5,897 bases of DNA, taken from IMG/VR virus record IMGVR_UViG_3300002546_000025; one strand, given 5' to 3'. The position numbers and the translations under genes are program-made. This stretch comes from a virus. Each line of letters begins with the position of its first letter. The first letter of the stretch is position 1. Under the pieces are notes generated by a model. The model was not told the origin of the DNA, did no database searches, and saw only the letters and a program-made list of their open reading frames with translations. Below, one piece after another: positions 1 through 4,528 of the stretch.

Positions 1-93
1 CCTCGCCGGATACCTGACCGTCACCCAGAATGGCCAGCCGATCCGGCAGGTCTCGTTCCGCGACCTGACCGACGCTGGCTACACCATCACCTA
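1..93. repeat. Left copy of the 93-nt exact terminal redundancy (circular-assembly overlap).
   Basis: Base-by-base comparison shows it is identical to 5805-5897. It lies inside coding sequence and preserves the frame. Confidence 0.95.
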
Positions 94-211
94 CGAGTCA
101 CCGACCGTCATCGCGCTCGAATACAAGGGCTTTGACCTGGGATATGTCATATCCGCGCTGCCGACCGTATCGCTCGCCAGCAAGACCCCTGACAAGGCCG
201 TAGGCGGATAA
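1..211 (+). CDS. 3' end of the Zot/gI-like assembly ATPase gene (continuation of 4867..5804). Codons are phased at 2, 5, 8..., with stop TAA at 209-211.
   Basis: This frame reads LAGYLTVTQNGQPIRQVSFRDLTDAGYTITYESPTVIALEYKGFDLGYVISALPTVSLASKTPDKAVGG*. Its first 31 residues duplicate the last residues of the ORF that runs off the window end. The joined gene is 938+211 = 1149 nt, or 382 aa. Confidence 0.85.
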   Translation, partial: LAGYLTVTQNGQPIRQVSFRDLTDAGYTITYESPTVIALEYKGFDLGYVISALPTVSLASKTPDKAVGG

Positions 212-220
212 CTGGGGGGA

Positions 221-278
221 GTCCGCTTGCGGACGGGACCCGGTTTCCGCCAAGGCCGCAGGCAGGACCATTCCTGCC
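221..278 (+). other. Cluster of GC-rich stem-loops in the intergenic region downstream of the zot-like gene. It could be a terminator, packaging signal or minus-strand origin.
   Basis: Inverted repeats are GTCCGC(221-226)/GCGGAC(229-234), CGG(241-243)/CCG(247-249) and GGCAGG(261-266)/CCTGCC(273-278). An alternative pairing is GCGGA(229-233)/TCCGC(246-250). No in-frame start codon precedes 312 in the open frame here. Confidence 0.4.
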
Positions 279-311
279 GAACGAACCGCATTCGCCACTC
301 TTGGATATTCC

Positions 312-443
312 ATGGACGACATGTCGCAATACACCGATGACGAGCTGCGCGAGCTGTACAACTGGCTAACCACGCAGCATCGTCTCGTTGAAGATGAACT
401 TGCTTGGCGCTCACGCTGTGAAGACCTTTACCAGGACAGATGA
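312..443 (+). CDS. Hypothetical 43-aa acidic, helical microprotein (MDDMSQYTDDELRELYNWLTTQHRLVEDELAWRSRCEDLYQDR).
   Basis: ATG is at 312 and TGA at 441-443. It is on the same strand as the structural operon, and the first half uses GC-rich third positions like rep. There is no clear Shine-Dalgarno motif. It sits in the zot-to-regulator slot that carries cargo genes in other inoviruses. Confidence 0.35.
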   Translation: MDDMSQYTDDELRELYNWLTTQHRLVEDELAWRSRCEDLYQDR

Positions 444-462
444 GGCGTTACACCCCCACTTT

Positions 463-480
463 ACCCCGGATTCCCGGGGT
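463..480. other. Perfect 7-bp stem / 4-nt loop hairpin between convergent genes. It may be a bidirectional terminator or a structural element.
   Basis: ACCCCGG(463-469), loop ATTC, CCGGGGT(474-480). The right arm abuts the stop codon of the minus-strand regulator (480-482). There is no U-tract on either strand, so terminator function is uncertain. Confidence 0.4.
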
Positions 481-689
481 CACTCGGTCTCTATCACCAC
501 ATCGCCAGATGCATTGATCTGCACGTAAGGCACTGATCTATCAAGGATTTTGTGCACAAGCTCGCTGTCCCGCATCGGCGGCATGCCGCGCTTCACGAGT
601 AACTTGTTGATTTCTATGCATTTTTGCCGGATCGCCTCTTGTTCGGCGTTTGTAAGGCGGATCGTTGCTGGCATTTTCAATTGGTCCAT
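480..689 (-). CDS. Small ribbon-helix-helix-like transcriptional regulator (putative phage repressor or copy-control protein), 69 aa counted from ATG 689.
   Basis: It is the only supported minus-strand gene and is divergent from rep. The sequence MDQLKMPATIRLTNAEQEAIRQKCIEINKLLVKRGMPPMRDSELVHKILDRS fits a beta-strand (ATIRLT), helix, turn, helix RHH pattern. A GGGTG motif lies 5 nt upstream of ATG 689. Alternative starts are TTG 704 (track) and ATG 674. Confidence 0.6.
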   Translation of the reverse strand: MDQLKMPATIRLTNAEQEAIRQKCIEINKLLVKRGMPPMRDSELVHKILDRSVPYVQINASGDVVIETE

Positions 690-720
690 ATTGACACCCG
701 TCAATCAGCATACGTGCATG

Positions 721-747
721 CATGTGATTTGTGTTGACGCATGCAAG
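721..747. repeat. Copy 1 of a 27-bp imperfect direct repeat (putative operator). It overlaps the -35 element of the rep promoter.
   Basis: CATGTGATTTGTGTTGACGCATGCAAG matches 771-797 at 20/27 positions. The shared cores are ATGTGATTTG and GCATGCAA. A GCATGC palindrome lies at 739-744 and another just upstream at 716-721. Confidence 0.55.
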
Positions 748-761
748 TTCATCCGTATACA
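734..761 (+). promoter_or_regulatory. Sigma70-like promoter for rep and the + strand operon.
   Basis: TTGACG (734-739), a 16-nt spacer, then TATACA (756-761). It is about 50 nt upstream of the rep start and is flanked by the two repeat copies. Confidence 0.5.
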
Positions 762-770
762 TTCCGCCTC

Positions 771-797
771 AATGTGATTTGCATGCATGCATGCAAC
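771..797. repeat. Copy 2 of the 27-bp direct repeat (putative operator). It lies between the -10 element and the rep ribosome-binding site.
   Basis: AATGTGATTTGCATGCATGCATGCAAC. It contains the 14-bp perfect palindrome GCATGCATGCATGC (781-794). It is offset by exactly 50 bp from copy 1. Confidence 0.55.
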
Positions 798-810
798 AAG
801 GGGAGCAGGG

Positions 811-1941
811 ATGTTTATCGATTGGCTTACGGTGTCTCAAGAGCATCAGCACGACCTTCCGGTTGTGTGCGATGTGATGACCATCACGATTGATACGAAC
901 ACCAATGAAGTGCTCTCCACCCGCCAGCCTCGCTTCAAGCATGAGGCCAGCTATTCCACTTCGGTCACGATCCATGTGCAGGGGCGGAAAGTCCGTGTTG
1001 AAGGCAACCCAAGCCGGGTAGGGCGCCTGGACAACCTGTTCGGCTTCTCGACCATCGAGCAGTGCGTTTCGGTCTACAACCAGCTTCTGGCCGAGTACGG
1101 CCTGCCGGGCTTTACCCGCTGCACTCGCGTTGATCTGCGGGACGGCGCGTCAGGTGCAAAGACCGGCGATCGCGTGGCAGACGGCGCCAAGATCGAGCGG
1201 ATCGACCTGACCACGAACGTATCGGTAGGAGAGGGCAACGTCCTTGCCTACCTGCGCGGCGTTTCCTCCCAGCGCATCGGGCACAGCATCGGTTTCCTGT
1301 ATCCCAACGGCCGCACCGTTGCGTGGACCCCGAAGGGCAATGGCAAAGGCGGGCGCCTCCAGTACCGCAAGGCCTATGACAAGGCTTTCGAGCTGGACGA
1401 GAACCTGCTCCCCAAGATCAAGCGCCTCTACGGCGATGAATCCACCGAGTTCCTGTATGTGCAGCGCGTCCGCGACTACTGCGCCCTTCATGGCGTTGTT
1501 CGGATGGAGCAGGAGCTGAAGAACGAATTTTTGCAGCGTGAATGCTTGGCCTATTGGGGCCTGTTTGACGAACGGCGTTTTGCCGAACTCCACGACGAGT
1601 TTTTGAGAATTGACGAGCGACTGAAGGTGACCGCAATGGACATCGTTTCCATATCCGAACAGCTCTTGGCTGAGCAGATCGTAAACACCACCCGTGCTGC
1701 AAACACCACCGCTATGTATGCGATCCAGTGGATGCACGGTCAGCAGTTCGACTTCAACAAGTCCGCCGTCCAGGAACACGCCGCTCGCCTCAATCGCATC
1801 GGTATCAACATCCGCAACGCCTGCGACACCTCGCGCTTCGCCCCCGTCTTCGTTCGTCAGGCCCGCGAGATCACCAAGTCCACCGTGCTGGCCATCCCGA
1901 GCTGGTATCAGCGCCCGAACCATTTGCAGGTGGCGGCATGA
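811..1941 (+). CDS. Rolling-circle replication initiation protein, gpII / phage CRI-like, 376 aa.
   Basis: The N-terminus MFIDWLTVSQEH resembles the (I/F)D(W/M)L(T/V) N-terminal motif of filamentous-phage gene II/CRI proteins. It is the largest ORF after gIII, lies upstream of the ssb, and is GC3-rich. GGAG (802-805) lies 5 nt before ATG 811. The track start at 787 sits inside the GCATGC palindrome and has no SD. Confidence 0.8.
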   Translation: MFIDWLTVSQEHQHDLPVVCDVMTITIDTNTNEVLSTRQPRFKHEASYSTSVTIHVQGRKVRVEGNPSRVGRLDNLFGFSTIEQCVSVYNQLLAEYGLPGFTRCTRVDLRDGASGAKTGDRVADGAKIERIDLTTNVSVGEGNVLAYLRGVSSQRIGHSIGFLYPNGRTVAWTPKGNGKGGRLQYRKAYDKAFELDENLLPKIKRLYGDESTEFLYVQRVRDYCALHGVVRMEQELKNEFLQRECLAYWGLFDERRFAELHDEFLRIDERLKVTAMDIVSISEQLLAEQIVNTTRAANTTAMYAIQWMHGQQFDFNKSAVQEHAARLNRIGINIRNACDTSRFAPVFVRQAREITKSTVLAIPSWYQRPNHLQVAA

Positions 1942-2012
1942 ATTTCGCCCGCTTCATGGTTTTTTTCATGACTGCTTTTGCTATCGCATTCATTTGGAAG
2001 TTCTCCCAATGA
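1938..2012 (+). CDS. 24-aa hydrophobic single-TM microprotein (MNFARFMVFFMTAFAIAFIWKFSQ).
   Basis: Its ATG overlaps the rep stop as ATGA (1938-1941). An AGGTGG motif lies 4 nt upstream. Its stop overlaps the next ATG, again as ATGA. Confidence 0.5.
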   Translation: MNFARFMVFFMTAFAIAFIWKFSQ

Positions 2013-2095
2013 TCGCCGCGACCGTTTCCCTGCTCGCAACCCTCGCCGGTGGCGCCATCGCGCTCTACCTCGTGCGTTTGGAGTTCCGCCCATGA
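2009..2095 (+). CDS. 28-aa hydrophobic single-TM microprotein (MIAATVSLLATLAGGAIALYLVRLEFRP).
   Basis: There are ATGA overlaps at both ends (2009-2012 and 2092-2095). GGAAG lies 8 nt upstream. Confidence 0.5.
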   Translation: MIAATVSLLATLAGGAIALYLVRLEFRP

Positions 2096-2322
2096 GAACC
2101 GTGAGCTTCCAAGGCACCCAGCTCACCAGCGGCCAGCGCCGCCGCCTTCAAGAGCAACAGCAGGCCCGGCCATTCGTGAACCCGGTTCTGCAACAGCAAG
2201 TAAACGAAACCCTGGCAGCGCTCGAAGCTCGCCAGTCCCAGGGCATCAAGCCCGAACGCCAATGGTTCTTGGAACGTCAAGAGCGTGGCACACCCTGCGT
2301 TGCCGACCTGTTCGGCTTTTAA
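2092..2322 (+). CDS. 76-aa hydrophilic Q/R-rich protein of unknown function (MRTVSFQGTQLTSGQRRRLQEQQQARPFVNPVLQQQVNETLAALEARQSQGIKPERQWFLERQERGTPCVADLFGF).
   Basis: It has an ATGA overlap with the preceding micro-ORF, and GGAG (2080-2083) lies 8 nt upstream. It ends 12 nt before the ssb start and fills the gap exactly. Confidence 0.55.
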   Translation: MRTVSFQGTQLTSGQRRRLQEQQQARPFVNPVLQQQVNETLAALEARQSQGIKPERQWFLERQERGTPCVADLFGF

Positions 2323-2334
2323 GAGGCAATACCC

Positions 2335-2622
2335 ATGGCTATGACTATGAAGATCGAAACCACCGGCAACTTCCGTACCGGCATCGCTGCTAAGTCGCAG
2401 AAACCCTATTGGATGGCCGAAGCTTTCGCGCATCTGCCGGGCGTTCCGTATCCGCAGAAGTTCAGCTACTACGCCGCCTCCCAGCAGGAAGTGCTGCCAG
2501 TCGGTCATTACGAGTGCGACGTTTCTTGCTCGATCAAGGATGACCGCATCCACTTCGAGGTGGACCCGCGTCAAGCCCGCCGCATTTCCGCTCCTGCTCC
2601 TAAGGCAGTAGGTGCTAACTAA
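2335..2622 (+). CDS. ssDNA-binding protein, gpV-like, 95 aa.
   Basis: The position (downstream of rep) and size fit gpV. Several segments align by eye with M13 gpV: SQKPYWMAEAF with QGKPYSLNEQL, PYPQKF with EYPVLV, and PVGHYECDV with APGLYTVHL. AAGAGG (2321-2326) lies 8 nt before the ATG. Confidence 0.75.
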   Translation: MAMTMKIETTGNFRTGIAAKSQKPYWMAEAFAHLPGVPYPQKFSYYAASQQEVLPVGHYECDVSCSIKDDRIHFEVDPRQARRISAPAPKAVGAN

Positions 2623-2753
2623 TGGACACCTTTGTCTGCGACGAATGCGGCGAAGATTTTGATGAAGATTCAGATGGATCGGAGTTCGCTGTTGTTGACG
2701 ATCCTGAAGCCGGCACCCTTTGCGCTTTTTGTAATTCAGAAGTAACGGAGTAA
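2622..2753 (+). CDS. 43-aa highly acidic CxxC-N24-CxxC (zinc-ribbon-like) microprotein (MDTFVCDECGEDFDEDSDGSEFAVVDDPEAGTLCAFCNSEVTE).
   Basis: It is below the ORF-track length cutoff and was found by manual translation. Its ATG overlaps the ssb stop (TAATG, 2620-2624). AGGTG (2610-2614) lies 7 nt upstream. It has 15 D/E residues and no K/R/H. Four Cys form two CxxC knuckles. Confidence 0.55.
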   Translation: MDTFVCDECGEDFDEDSDGSEFAVVDDPEAGTLCAFCNSEVTE

Positions 2754-2760
2754 CAAAACA

Positions 2761-2892
2761 GTGGATTGCACCGCACAACTTACCGCCGAGTGCGTAACTA
2801 CGGTGTTTTCCGCTGGCTTCTTTCTCACGGTCACATGTTGGGGCCTGGGAATAACCCTCGGCGTCGCTATCGGCGTCATTCGCAAACTGTAG
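2761..2892 (+). CDS. 43-aa hydrophobic membrane protein, a candidate minor virion-cap protein (gVII/gIX-like), with a GTG start.
   Basis: The translation is (M)DCTAQLTAECVTTVFSAGFFLTVTCWGLGITLGVAIGVIRKL, with a TM segment and a basic C-terminus. GGAG (2747-2750) lies 10 nt upstream. Stop TAG (2890-2892) sits within the AGGAG SD of the coat gene. Its position directly 5' of the major coat gene matches gVII/gIX in Ff phages. Confidence 0.5.
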   Translation: MDCTAQLTAECVTTVFSAGFFLTVTCWGLGITLGVAIGVIRKL

Positions 2893-2903
2893 GAGTAACA
2901 AAG

Positions 2904-3038
2904 ATGACTGAGATTTTCGGAGCTGTTGACCTTTCGACCGTTGCCACCTGGGTTGGCGCTACTGGTGTGCTGATCATCGGTATCACCATGGCGTTCAAAG
3001 GCATCGACCTCGGCAAGCGTGGCGTGAAGAAGGCCTAA
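2904..3038 (+). CDS. Major coat protein (gVIII-like), 44 aa, with no cleavable leader.
   Basis: MTEIFGAVDLSTVATWVGATGVLIIGITMAFKGIDLGKRGVKKA has an acidic N-terminus, a hydrophobic core and a basic C-terminus (4 K and 1 R in the last 13 residues). A strong AGGAG SD (2891-2895) lies 8 nt upstream, and a hairpin terminator follows. Confidence 0.85.
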   Translation: MTEIFGAVDLSTVATWVGATGVLIIGITMAFKGIDLGKRGVKKA

Positions 3039-3041
3039 CGG

Positions 3042-3079
3042 CCCTCTTCGGGGGAGGGGCTTCGGCCCCTTCATTCATT
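3042..3079 (+). terminator. Intrinsic-terminator-like hairpin(s) directly after the major coat gene.
   Basis: AGGGGC(3055-3060), loop TTCG, GCCCCT(3065-3070), followed by the T-rich TCATTCATT. An alternative upstream stem is CCCTC(3042-3046)/GAGGG(3054-3058). Ff phages also place a strong terminator after gene VIII. Confidence 0.7.
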
Positions 3080-3202
3080 ATGGAAGAAGCGCAAATAGCA
3101 CTTACCGCAGCGGACCTGGCGATGCTCGCCTATTCGCTCGTATTCATTGGCGGAGTATTCGGCGGATGGGCATTCATCACTGGAGTAAATCAGCGGTTCT
3201 AA
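3080..3202 (+). CDS. Possible 40-aa TM microprotein (MEEAQIALTAADLAMLAYSLVFIGGVFGGWAFITGVNQRF) that overlaps the gIII start.
   Basis: The ATG at 3080 comes immediately after the terminator, and the stop is TAA at 3200-3202. It has a clear hydrophobic helix but no SD, and it overlaps the gIII signal-peptide codons by 37 nt in another frame. Confidence 0.3.
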   Translation: MEEAQIALTAADLAMLAYSLVFIGGVFGGWAFITGVNQRF

Positions 3203-4527
3203 CTCTCCTGGTCGTACTCTCAATCGGCCATGCCCATGCGGCAACTCGCAAAACAGTTTCCATGCCTTCAGATGGTCAAGTGATCGGCTCCGGTAATGGT
3301 TCGTCCAGGAGCGGTGACACACTGCACGTTCCAGGCGACGGAAAGACCGAATATATCCCGTCTTCTTACGGCGGTGGTTCCAAGGGAACCAAACTACCAA
3401 TCAAGCCAACTTATGATTATTCGATACCTCGAACTGTCAAAGGCATGACAACGAATCTTCGGGGCGGTGTTTACGGCGCTGTCCTTGGAATCGGTCTTCA
3501 GTACATGCTTGATGCTGTTGATGGCGTCATAAAGGACGGTCAAGTCCTTGTTCCGTCTATGCAAGAGGTGCCGGGTGATTTCTTTTGGTCCGCGGGTGCT
3601 GGTGAGCATTCTACGCCCGCCGCTGCATGTGAGGCATTCCATAAGACCATCCCGCTCTATCCCCCTCATAGGATTGAATCTAATGGCGCGGGCGGCTTTA
3701 GCTGTTACGGCATATCGTATCGCTGGGGTCCTGGTGAGGAAGTTAAGAACGGCACTGCTCAACGCTACGGTACCGGTCAGTGCCCGGACGGTGCGCAATA
3801 TCAACCTACTACAGGTACATGTATAACGTCCGTCCTTGCGCCGGCATCCGATGCCGATTATGACCTGATGGAAGCGGCGGCAGCGGTCAAGGATTCCGAG
3901 TGGCTTAAAGAGCGTCTTCGCGAGCATTGTGAAGGCGGCCTAAACCCGCAAGCCTGTTACGAGTCTTTACGCGATAGCGTCAGGCTCGAAGGTCCGTCCA
4001 GTGTCACTGAGCAGGGTCCAACTAGCACAACTACATCACCAGCCGGCACCACGACGACAACTGGAAACACCAGGATCGACATTACATACGGTGATAACTA
4101 TTACGACTACCGCAAGACCAAAACAACGATTGTCACCAAGCCAGATGGAACTACTGAAACCACAACAGAAACCGAACCTGAAACCGAGCAGCCGCGCGAA
4201 GAGGAAGAGCAGGACATAAACTTCTCTGATAGCGAGTTTCCCCCCGTTGAGCCGTTCTATCAGCAGAAGTACCCTGATGGACTCGAAGGTGTCTGGCAGG
4301 ATGCGCAGTCTAAATTCGATAACAGCGAATTCATGTCGTTCCTTCATTCCTTCGTTCCTCAGTTCTCTGGATCGTGTCCTTCCTGGTCTATGTCATTCAA
4401 CATCGCCAGTTGGGCAAGTTACGGCAATGTCCCATTCGTTAACCTCTGTTACGTCTTCGACTTCATAAAAGTCATCATGCTTGTTACTGCGCTATTCACG
4501 GCGCGTGCTATTACGTTCGGGGGTTGA
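3166..4527 (+). CDS. Minor coat / host-adsorption protein, gIII-like, 453 aa.
   Basis: The N-terminal signal peptide is MGIHHWSKSAVLTLLVVLSIGHAHA|A. There are 8 Cys, Gly-rich segments and Thr-rich/acidic linkers (aa 285-300 and 317-350). The C-terminal module, with 2 Cys and the hydrophobic anchor FIKVIMLVTALFTARAITFGG, resembles the pIII C-domain. It sits between the coat gene and the gVI-like gene. Confidence 0.8.
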   Translation: MGIHHWSKSAVLTLLVVLSIGHAHAATRKTVSMPSDGQVIGSGNGSSRSGDTLHVPGDGKTEYIPSSYGGGSKGTKLPIKPTYDYSIPRTVKGMTTNLRGGVYGAVLGIGLQYMLDAVDGVIKDGQVLVPSMQEVPGDFFWSAGAGEHSTPAAACEAFHKTIPLYPPHRIESNGAGGFSCYGISYRWGPGEEVKNGTAQRYGTGQCPDGAQYQPTTGTCITSVLAPASDADYDLMEAAAAVKDSEWLKERLREHCEGGLNPQACYESLRDSVRLEGPSSVTEQGPTSTTTSPAGTTTTTGNTRIDITYGDNYYDYRKTKTTIVTKPDGTTETTTETEPETEQPREEEEQDINFSDSEFPPVEPFYQQKYPDGLEGVWQDAQSKFDNSEFMSFLHSFVPQFSGSCPSWSMSFNIASWASYGNVPFVNLCYVFDFIKVIMLVTALFTARAITFGG

Positions 4528-4528
4528 T

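Noticed and set aside
1-93. The terminal 93-nt direct repeat as a biological DTR, att site or LTR-like element.
   Set aside because: The repeat is internal to a single ORF and simply restores its frame when the ends are joined. It has no inverted-repeat or recombination-site features. It is interpreted as a circular-assembly overlap.
91-414. Nested minus-strand ORFs (107, 91 and 60 aa) downstream of the zot-like stop.
   Set aside because: They overlap the 3' end of the zot-like gene and the structured intergenic region. Their translations are Arg/Gly/Pro/Ser-rich with no domain-like pattern. The region is better explained by hairpins plus the + strand 43-aa ORF.
691-719. Consensus TTGACA at 691-696 on the + strand as a second promoter.
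   Set aside because: The best -10 at 17-nt spacing is GTGCAT, which is poor, and the element lies within the regulator's N-terminal codons. It is not supportable from sequence alone.
748-770. Possible dif-like XerCD attP (GTATACATTCCGCC resembles the TATACATTATGCG core of dif-type sites).
   Set aside because: Only the TATACATT octamer matches well, and the flanking XerC/XerD arms do not. The TATACA is positioned 16 nt after TTGACG and is more simply the -10 element of the rep promoter. A search with the true host dif is needed before this is claimed.
787-810. Upstream ATG (787) as the rep start, as in the ORF track.
   Set aside because: It sits inside the GCATGCATGCATGC palindrome and putative operator, and it has no SD. 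ATG 811 has GGAG 5 nt upstream and gives the conserved-looking MFIDWLT N-terminus.
1150-1923. 257-aa minus-strand ORF antisense to rep.
   Set aside because: It lies entirely inside the well-supported, GC3-rich rep gene. Its composition (G/A/V/L-rich with no motifs) is typical of a shadow ORF on the opposite strand of high-GC coding sequence. No start context supports it.
2065-2901. 278-aa minus-strand ORF spanning the micro-ORF, ssb and coat-module region.
   Set aside because: It would run antisense across at least five tightly coupled + strand genes that have SD motifs and recognisable products (gpV-like and coat). It is R/L/G-rich low-information sequence. It is judged an antisense shadow ORF.
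2766-3038. TTG-initiated 90-aa ORF that would give an N-terminally extended, Arg-rich coat precursor.
   Set aside because: The extension is strongly basic and not signal-peptide-like. It overlaps the hydrophobic 43-aa ORF (2761-2892) in another frame. ATG 2904 has an ideal AGGAG SD 8 nt upstream and yields a canonical 44-aa coat.
3394-3927. 177-aa minus-strand ORF and 92-aa + strand ORF (3548-3826) inside gIII.
   Set aside because: Both are embedded in the gIII-like gene, which has a signal peptide, linkers and an anchor. Their translations are R/L/C-rich with no features, so they are likely frame shadows.
4481-4528. TTG 4481 as the start of the gVI-like gene.
   Set aside because: It would overlap the hydrophobic anchor of gIII by 47 nt. 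ATG 4529 follows the gIII stop by 1 nt and gives exactly 112 aa, the size of pVI.
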